Shown here piece by piece: positions 29,654 to 43,278 of a DNA stretch of 64,000 nucleotides. Both the position numbers and the translations under genes were made by a program. Source of the DNA: an uncultured delta proteobacterium (GTDB lineage Bacteria > Desulfobacterota > Binatia > Binatales > Binataceae); assembly GCA_963755905.1 (NCBI GenBank), contig CAVWLM010000006.1, positions 538,559 through 602,558 of the forward strand, written 5' to 3'. Below the pieces are notes generated by a model, which was not told the origin of the DNA, did no database searches, and saw nothing but the letters and a program-made list of their open reading frames with translations. Position 1 is the stretch's first letter. The number at the start of each line of letters is the position of its first letter.

Positions 29654-31355
29654 TCAGTTGGGCCGGAATTCGATCCATTCGGGCTTGTAATTGCCCCACA
29701 CGGTGGGCTGGAAGTTCTCCAGCGAATTCTTCCAGGCCTCGTAGCGTATCTGGCGCACCGTCTCGATAACCGGCAGTTGCTGGTAAAGGATTTCCTGGAT
29801 ACGCCAGTAGTACGGCGCGCGCTTCATCGGATCCATAACCGCCGTGCCCTGTTCGAGCAGTTGATCGATTTCGGCTTCCCACGGCGTGGCCGGCTTGGGC
29901 TCCTTCGGATACCACAGGTGCAAGGCCCCCGACGATCGCAGAAAGTCGGCGCCGTTGTTCGGCTCGACTCCGCCGGTAAATCCGATCAGCACCACATCCC
30001 AGTCATAGGTTGAATCGAGTTTGTCGACCAGCGTGGTGAACTCCAGGGGGCGGTAGTTCACCTTGATGCCGATGCGCCGGAGGTCCTGCTGCAGGATGAC
30101 GCACATCTCGTCGCGCACGTTCACCCCGGTGTTGGTCGCGAGATTGAACTCCACCCGGTTGCCCTGCTGGTCGACGCGCGCGCCATTGACCAGATGATAT
30201 CCCGCCTGATCCAGCAGGTCCGCCGCCTCCTTGAGATTGTAATCGTAGTCTTTGAGGTTGGGATTGTAGAAAACCTTGTTCGCGGGCGAAATGTCGGAAA
30301 CCGCCGCCACGCCCAGGCCGTGAAAGCAGAGATTGATCATGCCCTGCTTGTCGACCGCGTGGGCGATCGCGCGCATGAAGCGCAGATCAGTAAACCAGCG
30401 GTATTTCGGGTCGGTCACGCCGTTGCGGATGTAGTGATTGGGGTTGCGATTGAAGGCGAAGAACAGCGAGCCGGTGTCGATGCCGATTTTCTTGAGCGTG
30501 ATACCGAGTTGCTTCTGCTTGCCCTCCAGATCGACGACTTCCTCGGGACGCGGCGCGTAGGTGTCGATCTGTCCCGCGAGAAAGCGCAGGTACTGGGCGT
30601 TGCCGTCGGGCACGATTTGCAGCGTCTCGCCATGCAACCGCGGCAGCCGCTCGCCCTTTTCGTCGCGCATCCAGTAGTCCGGATTGCGATCGAAGCGCAC
30701 GAACTGCGCCTGCACGTAGCGAGTCATCTCGAACTGGCCCAGGCCGACGATTTTTTCCGGCGGCGTATTGATTCCCCAGGTATGATTGAACTTGCCGGCG
30801 TCAAGCGCCGGTCTCGAGCAGATGCGCGGGCACGATCGGAACGCCGATCGCGTAGAGCAGAGGGGCGAACACGCGCGGCATCGTCATCCGCACCGTGTAG
30901 TCGTCAAGCGCCTCGACCTTTAGCGGCTTGCCGTCGACGGTGAGGCTGGGCTCTTCGATATTGGGCACGCGCGGGTCGTAGATCACGCGCATCGTGAAAA
31001 GCACGTCGCGCGCGGTGAACGGTTGCCCGTCGAACCATTTTACCCCATGGCGCAGATGGAAAACGATTACTTTGCCGCCGTCCCCAAGCTCCCAGCTTTC
31101 GGCAAGGCCGGGCTCCGGCAGAGTGGTGAGCGGATTCATCCGGACCAGCCCCTCGAAGATATCGCCGACCACCTCGCCGGAGGCGTTATCGGTGACCAGG
31201 ATTGGGTTGAAGGTTTTTGGATCGCTGATGGTCGACTGGTAGAGAATCTGCTCGCGCTCGTGCTGGCTGGGCGGTTGTTGCACGCGGCATCCGCCCGCCG
31301 CCACGGCGGCCAACGCGGAGCACAGCAGCATCGTAATCGCGCGGCGAAGATTCAT
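29654..31355 (-). pseudogene. ABC transporter substrate-binding protein (family 5, OppA/DppA-like), split by a +1 frameshift near 30728-30803
   Basis: N-terminal ORF 30801..31355 (signal peptide, ...PAHLLETGA*) and C-terminal ORF 29654..30727; the alternative frame reads ...LDAGKFNHTWGINTPPEKIVGLGQFEMTRYV straight across the junction. Confidence 0.65.
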
Positions 31356-31364
31356 CGGGCGCGT

Positions 31365-32240
31365 TCAGCCCGCCGCTCCCGGCGCGGCGCTGGCGCCGGC
31401 GTCGATCGAAATCTGCCGGGTGCCGGGAACCGGCGTCAGCACGAACAGCGTGGGCGCGAGCGCCGTGTTGAGCGCCGGCGCTTCGTAGCGCAGGGTGACG
31501 CGGCTTGCGGGAAATTCGGCCGCGAGCTTATGGGGAAAGCTCATCCCATCCACATCGCGCCAGTCGCTGTAGCGCACATCGTAGCGCGCGGCCCCCGCGC
31601 CGTCGCGCTCGCGCACCATCGCCAACTGCCCCGCGGAGAAGCCGATCTCACGCGTGCCGCCGTCGTTCAGACGCCACTGCGCAACCGTCATGCCCTCCGT
31701 ATCGGCTACCGAGTCCGGCGGCAGGTCAAGCTGCGCCGGATCCGGCGCGAGGCCCATCAAAAGATCGACCGCGGCCGGCGGCGCGAGCGGGATCCGCGCG
31801 TAGCGTTCGAGCGTCGCCGCATTGGCGCCACCGCTCATCAGGACATTCCGCGACGGATCGAAGATCATCAGCCGGCCGGCGTCGTCCGCCGCCAGCACCA
31901 TCGTGGCGCCGAACGGCGCGACCGCCTCGACCCGCATGCTCGCCGGGCGTGCGAGCGCGATCTCCTCATGCGTGCGGAAGTGATGGCCGTCGGCGGCGCT
32001 GTATTCCATGATCGCTCCGCTCTGCAGCGAGCGCAGCAATCGCCCGCGCTCGGCGAGCGCCGCGATCATCGCGGTGGCAGCCGGCGACGCGGGCGCACTG
32101 GCGGCCGGCGGCGACGCGAAGGGCATTCTGCCGACCAGAGCGCACGCCGAAAGCTGGCAGATTGCGAGCGCCAGGGCGGTCGAGCATACGGCGGCGCGCC
32201 ATCCCCCGCGCAACCGGTCAATGACTGGCGCTGCCGACAT
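31365..32240 (-). CDS. Lipoprotein, possibly LolB-like/DUF4292
   Basis: Signal peptide with lipobox (LAICQLSAC); 291 aa; overlaps the TPR gene end. Confidence 0.45.
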   Translation of the reverse strand: MSAAPVIDRLRGGWRAAVCSTALALAICQLSACALVGRMPFASPPAASAPASPAATAMIAALAERGRLLRSLQSGAIMEYSAADGHHFRTHEEIALARPASMRVEAVAPFGATMVLAADDAGRLMIFDPSRNVLMSGGANAATLERYARIPLAPPAAVDLLMGLAPDPAQLDLPPDSVADTEGMTVAQWRLNDGGTREIGFSAGQLAMVRERDGAGAARYDVRYSDWRDVDGMSFPHKLAAEFPASRVTLRYEAPALNTALAPTLFVLTPVPGTRQISIDAGASAAPGAAG

Positions 32241-34059
32241 TACTCAGGGCTTGCAACTTTCCCTTGAGCCGCGCGATCTGCTCCTGGTCGGTAGTCCGCC
32301 GCAACGCGTCCTCGTATTGCTGTCCGGCCTGTTCGGAGCGGCCCAGTTTATAGTAGGCGTCGCCGAGATGTTCGGTGATGGTAGGGTCGTCGCCGGTCAG
32401 ATTGACGGCTTTTTCGAGCTGTTCGGCCGCCTTGCCGTATTCGCCTTTCTTGTAATAGACCCAGCCGAGACTGTCGATGTAAAACCCGTCCTCAGGCTCG
32501 ATCGCGAGCGCGCGCTTGACCAGCTTTTCGGCCTCGTCCAGGTGTTCGCCGGATTCGGCATAGGTGTAGCCGAGGTAGTTGAGCGCCTGCGCGTTTTTCG
32601 GATTCAGATCGATCGCCTTGCGCATCTCGTCGATGCCGGCGGAGCGCTGCTTGCTCTCGTCGTAGAGCGCGCCGAGCGTGAAGTGGTACTTGTCGTTCTT
32701 CGGCTCCAGCACGATCATCTTCTGCGCGAGCTTGATCGCGGTAGGGTAGTCCTTCTTTTCCTGGTAGACGCCGACCGTGAAGCCAAGTATCTCCGCGTCG
32801 TCGGGCTTCTTCGCCAACGCCTGGTTGAGCGCGGTGATCGCCTGGTCGTAGTCGTGCTGCTTGTCGTAGATGTAGGCGAGCTGCAGGCGCGATTCGACAT
32901 AATGCTCGTTGCTCTCGGGTATCAGCCGGAACTCCGAGGCCGCCTTGTCATAGTCGGTCAGTTCGCTGTAGGCAGTGCCGAGATAGTAATGAACGCGGTA
33001 ATTATCGGGCTCGGCGCCGAGCACCAGGTTGAACTCGGTGGCGGCGCGATCGAAGTCGCCGCGCTCGAAGTACAGCAACCCGATCTTGGTGCGGGTGTCG
33101 CTCGGGCTGATGTCGATTTTCTCGGGCGCGGGCGCCGGCTTCACCGGCGCGTCAGCCGAGGCATGCGCGGCGAAGTACAATTCTGCCAGGCGCTGATGCG
33201 CGCGATCGTCGTTGGGATTGATCTGCAGGATCTTCTTGTAAATCGTGACCGCGTCGTCACGCCGGCCCTGGTCCTCGCGCAGTGCCGCCAGGTCGAGCAT
33301 CGCCAGCTCGGATTGGGGATTGAGCTCGAGGGCCTTGTCGTAGTAGCGCTCGGCCGCGGAATAGTTGCCTGCCGCGAGCATCGTGCGCCCGGCGTAGTAG
33401 TAACCGAGGAACGACTGAGGATCGAGCGCGATGAGCTGCTCGAAAACCTTGCGTGCCTGCTCGTATTCGCCGCGCTTGGCGTACAGCGTGCCGAGGAACA
33501 GGTAGGCCTCCTGGTTCTTGGGCGAGAGCTTGATAACTTCCTTGTAATCCTGCTCGGCGCTCGCATCGTCGCCCAGCGCCGAATCGATACCGGCCGCGAG
33601 CAGCAGTCCGCGCGATGACTGGGGATCGAGCTTGATCGACTGGTCGGCCTGCACCCGCGCGTCAGCCAGACGGCCGTCACGCACGTAGAGCGTGGCGAGC
33701 GTCACGCGCAGCGTGGCGTTGTCCGGGTCGTACTGCACCGCTTCCTCGAGCGCCTTCAAGGCCTCCGTGCGGTCGCCTTCCTCCGTCGCGACTTCGGCCT
33801 GCAGGAACGCGCCCATCGCCTTGGCCTGCGGCGGAATGTCGACGGCCGGCTTGCCACCAAACGGCGACGGCTGCTGGTCGGCGTCGCCCGGCGCGCTGGC
33901 GGACAAGGCGCCCGACGGCAGAAACCTGGGCCCCTGCACCTGCTCGCATCCCAGGCCGAGCAGCAGAGCGGTCGCGGCGAGTGCGGCTATTAGCTTATGT
34001 GACGACAATTTAGGCGTGCTCGAGCGCCCGCCTGGAACAGATTGATTTGGATTTAACAC
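32218..34059 (-). CDS. Secreted tetratricopeptide-repeat protein
   Basis: Signal peptide followed by more than 12 TPR-like repeats (...AYLFLGTLYAKRGEYEQA...). Confidence 0.75.
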   Translation of the reverse strand: MLNPNQSVPGGRSSTPKLSSHKLIAALAATALLLGLGCEQVQGPRFLPSGALSASAPGDADQQPSPFGGKPAVDIPPQAKAMGAFLQAEVATEEGDRTEALKALEEAVQYDPDNATLRVTLATLYVRDGRLADARVQADQSIKLDPQSSRGLLLAAGIDSALGDDASAEQDYKEVIKLSPKNQEAYLFLGTLYAKRGEYEQARKVFEQLIALDPQSFLGYYYAGRTMLAAGNYSAAERYYDKALELNPQSELAMLDLAALREDQGRRDDAVTIYKKILQINPNDDRAHQRLAELYFAAHASADAPVKPAPAPEKIDISPSDTRTKIGLLYFERGDFDRAATEFNLVLGAEPDNYRVHYYLGTAYSELTDYDKAASEFRLIPESNEHYVESRLQLAYIYDKQHDYDQAITALNQALAKKPDDAEILGFTVGVYQEKKDYPTAIKLAQKMIVLEPKNDKYHFTLGALYDESKQRSAGIDEMRKAIDLNPKNAQALNYLGYTYAESGEHLDEAEKLVKRALAIEPEDGFYIDSLGWVYYKKGEYGKAAEQLEKAVNLTGDDPTITEHLGDAYYKLGRSEQAGQQYEDALRRTTDQEQIARLKGKLQALSNVGSASH

Positions 34060-34214
34060 AAAAGGTTGACCGTCCGCGCCGGCCTAATCGTCAGGCGGAG
34101 CCCGTGTACTATACGTGGTATCGAGACCATTTATAAGTCTTGCCCACGAGCCGACCTCCGCGCAATCCCCGCCGCCTTGTGCCGGCCCCGGCGCTCGGCT
34201 ACAGCGTAGCCCTG

Positions 34215-35651
34215 ATGAAACGTTCGAGCCTCGATTCCGACGACGATAGGCGCGTCTCAAACACCGCGGCGCCCCTCAATTCGCGTGCCGTGATCGCGAT
34301 GCAGGGCGGGAAGCTCGGCCTCCTCTCGCTAACCTGCGTTATCTATCTGGTCGTAAGCGGCGGCGCCTATGGAACCGAGGACGCGGTGCGGATGGCCGGG
34401 CCGCGGCTCACCCTCCTTCTGTGCCTGCTCGTACCGTTAACATTAAGCTTGCCGACGGCGTTGATGGCGGCTGAACTCAACGCGCTGATGCCGGTCGAGG
34501 GCGGCTTCTATTTCTGGGTCAAGGAGGCGCTCGGGCCGTTTTGGGGTTTCGCTGAAGCCTATCTGACTCTGCTTTACACCGCGGTGGACATGGCGATTTA
34601 CCCGGTGCTGTTCAGTGCATACCTCGTTTACCTGTATCCGCTCGGCAAGGGCGGGCAACTCGTGGTAGGGGTCGCGCTGGTCTGGCTCGCCGGGTTGCTC
34701 AACTTTCTCGGCGTGCGGCCGGCTGGCGACAGCGCGGTCCTGCTGACGGTGCTGCTGCTGGCGCCCTTCGCGGCCCTGGTCGTGCTCGGCTTTGGTCATC
34801 TGGTGCATTGGCATGCGCCGGGCGGCCGGATCTTCGGGCCTGACTTCGCGCTCGCGCTGGGCAGCGGCCTTACGATCATAATCTGGAATTTCAGCGGATG
34901 GGAAAACGCCAGCGTGGTCGCGGGCGAGATTCGCGACCCGCGCCGCACCTATCTGCGCGCGCTCGCGATCGCGCTGCCGATGGTGGTGCTGGGCTATCTG
35001 CTGCCGCTCGCGGTGGCGCTCTCGGGCACGCACGGCGGCGCCAACTGGGAGATCGGATGGTATTCGGAGATCGGCCGTCAGATTGGCGGACCGGCGCTGG
35101 GCGCGGCGCTCGCGATGGGCGGGATGGTCTCGGCGTTTTCGATCTTCACGGCCGCGATGCTGTGGGTGTCGCGGATGCCGTTCGTGCTGGCGCGCGAAAG
35201 CTATCTGCCCCGATGGCTGGCGGAGGTCTGGCGCACCACCGCGACCCCCGGCAAGTCCATCCTCGCCTGTTGCGTGCTCTTCACGATGCTGGTGCCGTTG
35301 GGCTTCGTCACCCTGGTGATTCTCGACGTCTTCTTTTACATGGGCGCGCTGATGCTCGAGTTGAGCGCGCTGGTGGTGATGCGCCGCAAGCGGCCCGCGC
35401 GCGAAGGTCTCTTTATGATCGGAGGCGGCAGCGCCGGACTCTGCCTGGTCGTCGGGCTCCCGATGCTGACCTGGTGTGCCACGTTTGGTCTCGCGTTAAC
35501 CGCGGGCGGTATCAAGGAGGATTTCCTGATCGCGGTTGTGTTGGCGACGACGACTTACCCGGCCTACGCGCTCTGCCGTAAGCTGTGGGGCGGCCCGCCG
35601 CGCGGCCAGAGCGTTTTCGACGAGCCGGCGAGTTCGGCCGGGGAATCATGA
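34215..35651 (+). CDS. APC-family amino acid permease
   Basis: 12-TM profile; the ATG at 34215 (MKRSS...) is preferred over the track start. Confidence 0.7.
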   Translation: MKRSSLDSDDDRRVSNTAAPLNSRAVIAMQGGKLGLLSLTCVIYLVVSGGAYGTEDAVRMAGPRLTLLLCLLVPLTLSLPTALMAAELNALMPVEGGFYFWVKEALGPFWGFAEAYLTLLYTAVDMAIYPVLFSAYLVYLYPLGKGGQLVVGVALVWLAGLLNFLGVRPAGDSAVLLTVLLLAPFAALVVLGFGHLVHWHAPGGRIFGPDFALALGSGLTIIIWNFSGWENASVVAGEIRDPRRTYLRALAIALPMVVLGYLLPLAVALSGTHGGANWEIGWYSEIGRQIGGPALGAALAMGGMVSAFSIFTAAMLWVSRMPFVLARESYLPRWLAEVWRTTATPGKSILACCVLFTMLVPLGFVTLVILDVFFYMGALMLELSALVVMRRKRPAREGLFMIGGGSAGLCLVVGLPMLTWCATFGLALTAGGIKEDFLIAVVLATTTYPAYALCRKLWGGPPRGQSVFDEPASSAGES

Positions 35652-35676
35652 ATGGCTTTGGACCGGGGATTTTCTG

Positions 35677-36800
35677 ATGGCTAAGCGGGCGGTTGTAAAG
35701 GCCTACTTCAATCACGGCGGCCTCGCCCGACCGTACGAGCGCGTGGCTCGGCGCGTGCGCACGGTCGACCGCGAATACGCGGGTCTGCTCTATAGCGAAG
35801 CCGGCTCACGCAGACTCGACGCCATCGATGGACGAGGCGCGAACGGCGGCGTGTTCGCTGGTCGGCGCGGGCGAGAACCGGCGGCGGTGTCTCGCTCCTG
35901 CCCAACTCCTCGACCGCGCTGAATCTCGCGATCAGCATCCTTGGCGCAAAGCTCGAACCGGGCGAAATCGCCGTCACCACCAATCAGGAGCATTCGTGCG
36001 TCATCTGGCCGCTTGCGCGGCTCGGCACGCGCGGGATCGAGATTGTGGCGCTGGGCGGCGGCTCGGAGGACGAATTTCTCGAAAATTTGCGCGCGCTAAT
36101 TCGCCGCCGGCGGCCGGGTTTCGCCGTGTTTTCTCACGTCTCGTGCATGGACGGCCGCGTTCTGCCGATCGCCGAAGCCGGGAAAATCCTTGCCGAGCAC
36201 GAGATTCCGTATCTCGTCGACGGCGCGCAGGCGCTCGGGCAGGTTGCGGTGGACGTGGCGCGGTTCGAGGCCTGGGCTTACGCGTTTACCGGTCACAAAT
36301 GGCTGTTCGGCCCGATGGGCACCGGGGGACTCTGGGCCAGCGAGCGATTCCTCGCCTCCAACACGCTCGCCTGGACCGGGCCGATCGGGTTTACCCGCAA
36401 GGGCGGCGGCGAACTCGAAAACGGATCGCTCAACTGCGGGCTGCTGGCCGGGATGACCGAAGCGATGCTCGCGTGCGGCGAGGAATTTCAGTCGCGGATC
36501 GAGGCGCTGACAAGGCTGCGGGCGCGAATTCGCGGACTTCTTGACGGGCTCTACGAAAACGCGGCGTCCAGATGGGCGGGTCCTCACGCTCCCGGCATCC
36601 TGTCGTATGGGCTGCCGTTGGAGACGCGCCCGGAGAAGCTGGCCGAGGCGGCACTGCGGCGCTTTGGCGTCGCAATCAAGCCGCTGCGTCCGCCGCGCGA
36701 TCCCAACGGCTTTCGCGTGACGTTTTCGCCGTGGACCACCGACGACGAAGTCGAATTGCTGGGCGAAGCGATGCGCGCCATCGCCCACGAGTCGCGCTGA
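35677..36800 (+). pseudogene. Class V aminotransferase / cysteine-desulfurase-like PLP enzyme with two +1 frameshifts (near 35830 and 35880)
   Basis: N-terminus MAKRAVVKAYFNHGG... in frame 1; ...EARTAACSLVGAGEN in frame 2; ...VSLLPNSSTALNLAISILGAKLEPGEIAVTTNQEHS... onward in frame 0. Confidence 0.6.
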
Positions 36801-36854
36801 CGCCACCCACGTTGGCGCCATCATGATGACGAGGTCCATTCACCGGACCTGACG

Positions 36855-38354
36855 CTAGATATCGAATATCTCGCGCATCTTCGCCAGCAGCCGGCTCGAG
36901 CGGCCGCGCGCGCCACCGTCCACCTGCTGTCCGGCGTCGAGCAACTCGCGCCGCTGGCTCAAGCGGGCCGTGATGATCTCACTCATCTGCGCGGCGGCCT
37001 CGGGATGGCTCTTGAAAAGCTCGGTGAAGCCCTTGCGGTTCATCTCGAGAACCTCGACGTCGGTGCGCGCCCGGATGGTGGCGTTGCGCGGCTCGCCCGT
37101 CATCAACGCCACCTCGCCGAAGAAGGCCGGATGGGTCAGTTCGGCGATATGGACCTGCTTGCCGTCGGCGCCGTTGGTAGTTACGTCGACCACGCCATGG
37201 CGGATGATGTAAAACGTATCGCCGGCCTCGCCTTCGCGCATCAGCGTCTCGCCGAGACCGAACTGACGCACGCGGACCGCGCCGGCCAGTATCCGCACCT
37301 CGTTATCGTCAAGCTCGCGCAGAAAATCGACCCCGCGCAGCTCGGATTCTATCTCGCGCGCGGCCTCGGACTCTTCGACCAGGCTCTCCTGCCTGAGCAC
37401 CATCGTGCGGACGGGGAAAGGAATTTCGATCCCGTGGCGGCGCAACGCGTACCACAGACCCGATACTACGCGGGCGTGGATCTGCTCGCTGCGTCCATAA
37501 TCGGCGAACCAGTATTTTATCCGGTAGCGGATCGCGTAGTCGCCGAACTCCCAGGCTAAAATCTCGGGCTCCGGATGGTGCAGCACTTCGGGCACGTCGC
37601 GCAGCACGGCCAGCACCACGTCGCGCACCCGGTTGGGCGGCTCGTCGTAGCCGAGCCCAATCGAAACCTCTTCAGCCACCGCGCCCTTGCCGTAATTGAA
37701 CACCAGGTCCTTGGCCAACTGCGCGTTGGGAATGTCGAGCCACTCGTGCGCGCGCGTCACGATCGTCGTCGCACGCCATCCCACGTCGTGCACGCGTCCG
37801 ACCTTGTCGATCGTGCGAACCCAGTCGCCCGGTTGGAACGGCCGCGAGATTTGCAGCGTCAGCCCGCTGAAGATGTTGCCCAGCGTCTCCTGCAGCGCGA
37901 AGCCAATCACCACGGTAAGGACGGCGGGAACCGCGAGCAGTGCGGTTACGTCGATTTTGAAAAACGTGCGCAGCACGACCATCACCACCACCGCCCACAA
38001 AATTATGGTGAGCAGGTCCCTGAAGATGGTCGAAAAGTGCTCGCGTCCGCGATGAGTCGCGGCGTCGGCCAGTTCCAGTCCGATGCGGACTACGCCCCAC
38101 ATGAACAGGATTACCGCGACGGTATCGAGCAGGTAGACGAACCGCGTATGGCCGAGCAGCGGAGTCACCACGTCGACCAGCAACCCAACCCCAGCTATCG
38201 CGACCGGCCAGGCCCGCAGACTGCCCCGGCGATGCCGTAACGCGAGCGCATAAAGCAACGCGACGATCGCCGCTATCGATTCGACGAGCGTGCGCGTGTC
38301 GAAGGGCACGTAGTCGAGCCCGAGCAGCAACTGAAGTTGGGTTACGTGAGGCAT
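36855..38354 (-). CDS. Mechanosensitive channel (MscS family) fused to a C-terminal cyclic-nucleotide-binding domain
   Basis: MscS core (...ALQETLGNIFSGLTLQISRPFQPGDWV...); cNMP-binding motif FGEVALMTGEPRNATIRA. Confidence 0.75.
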   Translation of the reverse strand: MPHVTQLQLLLGLDYVPFDTRTLVESIAAIVALLYALALRHRRGSLRAWPVAIAGVGLLVDVVTPLLGHTRFVYLLDTVAVILFMWGVVRIGLELADAATHRGREHFSTIFRDLLTIILWAVVVMVVLRTFFKIDVTALLAVPAVLTVVIGFALQETLGNIFSGLTLQISRPFQPGDWVRTIDKVGRVHDVGWRATTIVTRAHEWLDIPNAQLAKDLVFNYGKGAVAEEVSIGLGYDEPPNRVRDVVLAVLRDVPEVLHHPEPEILAWEFGDYAIRYRIKYWFADYGRSEQIHARVVSGLWYALRRHGIEIPFPVRTMVLRQESLVEESEAAREIESELRGVDFLRELDDNEVRILAGAVRVRQFGLGETLMREGEAGDTFYIIRHGVVDVTTNGADGKQVHIAELTHPAFFGEVALMTGEPRNATIRARTDVEVLEMNRKGFTELFKSHPEAAAQMSEIITARLSQRRELLDAGQQVDGGARGRSSRLLAKMREIFDI

Positions 38355-38357
38355 CGG

Positions 38358-39530
38358 CTAGAGCCCGATTATCTCCGCCATCTCGCCCAGCAGGCGTTGC
38401 GCGTCGAAGTACTCGCGCGCGATCTCGCGCGCCGCGCGCGCATGATGCGCATAGCGGGCGCTGACCGCGCGGAGCGCCTCGACCGCCGAGGCGTCGTCGG
38501 CAAAGCCAACCAGTCCGTCGCCGGCCGGGATGAACTTTTCAAAGCCGGTGAACTGGGTCACTACCGGCCGTCCGGCGGCGAGGTAGCAGGCCGTGCGGTC
38601 GCTGAACCATCCCGATCGCGTGCTGACGTAGAGATCCTTCGCGACCGTGAACTCGCCGCGCGAAGCGCTGATATAGCTGCGGTAGGTGTCGATATCGAGC
38701 GACATCGGGACCACCGGCCGGAAACTGAAACCGCCAGCCAGCGCCCGCTCGTAGTCGGGGCCCGAATTCAGGTCGGTGGCGAGCTCGACAGCCTGTCCGG
38801 CGCGCCGCGGAACCTCGAGCATTTTGCCAAAGTTCAAGTGCTTCGACCAGTAGTAGATTCGTCCGCCAAGCTCCACGTCGTTGCCCTTGTTGCGCCAAGT
38901 GCCGACGGTGGTAAACGCGGCCGGCATCGGGATGGCGCTTTGCTCTGGCCACTCGCCCAGCAGCACCGGAGGGCGCGTCGGATGCCAGCGCAGGTCCGCC
39001 GTCGGCAGCACGCAGTCGGGCTGACCGATATTGGCGGCGTAGGTGAAGTGCACGCGATGCGCATCGAGCATCCGCCGCGCGCTGTCGTCACCTTGCGCAT
39101 AACGCACCTGGTACACGCCCGGATCGGTTTCCAGGTAGACCAGGCATCGCGCGCGCCGATGCTCCTCGCGCGGATGAGTCGCGCCGCACAGGTTTATCAC
39201 CGCGTCGGCCTCGGCAAGCAACCGCAGGCTGCGCTCGCGGCCCATCCCGACATACTCGCCGCTGGTGACGTCGAGGAACGACCATCGATCGTGAAACCCG
39301 AAGCGGTCCATCACTTGTCCGAGCAGCTTGAGATTGCGGCCGGCATCGGGCGAGACGGCATCCGCGATTGGGTCGTAAACCCACGCGCCGTGATCCTCGA
39401 GGTAGTAGACGTCCAGCCCCAGATCTCTCAGGCCGACCAGGTGATGGATGAGCTGCCACATCACTCCCGCAAACGGGTAGCGCGCGGCCAGATGCAGCAG
39501 GACAACTTTGCCCTTGTGCTTTTTTTTCAT
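38358..39530 (-). CDS. Glycosyltransferase-like protein (GT-B fold suspected; family unresolved)
   Basis: 390-aa ORF with good coding statistics, immediately upstream of the mscS-like gene on the same strand. Confidence 0.4.
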   Translation of the reverse strand: MKKKHKGKVVLLHLAARYPFAGVMWQLIHHLVGLRDLGLDVYYLEDHGAWVYDPIADAVSPDAGRNLKLLGQVMDRFGFHDRWSFLDVTSGEYVGMGRERSLRLLAEADAVINLCGATHPREEHRRARCLVYLETDPGVYQVRYAQGDDSARRMLDAHRVHFTYAANIGQPDCVLPTADLRWHPTRPPVLLGEWPEQSAIPMPAAFTTVGTWRNKGNDVELGGRIYYWSKHLNFGKMLEVPRRAGQAVELATDLNSGPDYERALAGGFSFRPVVPMSLDIDTYRSYISASRGEFTVAKDLYVSTRSGWFSDRTACYLAAGRPVVTQFTGFEKFIPAGDGLVGFADDASAVEALRAVSARYAHHARAAREIAREYFDAQRLLGEMAEIIGL

Positions 39531-39608
39531 CAGGCGGGAGCGGAAATTCCCGCCCCTGGACTCACAGCCTGCGCACGGCGCGGCAACGATGCAAGTGCGC
39601 GCGCCATC

Positions 39609-40251
39609 TCACCGTGAGTCCGCGATTAGGAGCAGCTCGGCGCGGAGACCCTCGAGCGCCGCCCGGCGCTGGCTAAAGCGTGCAGCGTCCTCGTCGGAAA
39701 GCTCGCCCAGGTAGCGCCCACGATCCGGCAAAATAAGCACGGCGCGGTAAGGAAAGCCGGCGCGCATCCGCGGCCAGACTCGATCGGCGATGATTCCCTC
39801 GAGCACGGCTTCGCTAACGCGCTCCCGGACGCGGCCGCGCTCGTTGTAGATGAGGGCGGCGGCCGCCTGCAGGCGCGCGCCCACGGCGTGCCGGCTCCAC
39901 TCCGGCCATCCGCCGAATCACTTCCTCGGCGAGCGCGCGGTCGAGGTCGCCGTGCGCGATATCGGCGCCGCCGCCGGCGAGCCATCGATGGGAGCGGACC
40001 CCGGGCTCGCCGCCGAGCGCGTCGACTACGAGGCCGCCGTCGTCGGCGAGAGTTGGCAGATTGGCGCGCGCGAAATAGAAGCGCGCTTTCAGCAAGGCGT
40101 TCTCGATAAAAGTGGCGCCGGTCTCGTCCGGAACCTGATCGTCGACCGAAGCCTCGCGCAGCGATATCGGCGCGAGCCCGTAGTCGCGCAAGAGCAGCCG
40201 GTATTCGTCGAGCTTGGCGGGATTGGTGGTGGCAACCAGCAGCGGCTTCAT
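39609..40251 (-). pseudogene. rdgB: Non-canonical purine NTP pyrophosphatase RdgB/HAM1, with an apparent single-base frameshift near 39880 (likely an assembly indel)
   Basis: N-terminal part MKPLLVATTNPAKLDEY...DETGATFIENA...SHRW in one frame; C-terminal part ...ALIYNERG...GFPYRAVLILP in the +1 frame. Confidence 0.6.
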
Positions 40252-40271
40252 CGTGTGAATGGAGCGCGACT

Positions 40272-43141
<2,870 letters not shown>

Positions 43142-43278
43142 TCAACCATGTTTAAGGATGCTGCCGTTTGATGCAGCGCCATGCAACAATCTAACAAAAT
43201 GGGCTCGCGGGATCAATTCGACTGATTGGTAAGGCGATTCCCATTGGAATTTTTCGCGCGGACGGAATCCGCCGATGT

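Noticed and set aside
28925-33618. Long plus-strand ORFs 28925..30013, 31023..32267 and 32008..33618, antisense to the dpp-like permease, SBP, lipoprotein and TPR genes
   Set aside because: Arg/Asp/Gly-rich with no domain features; the opposite strand encodes recognisable proteins
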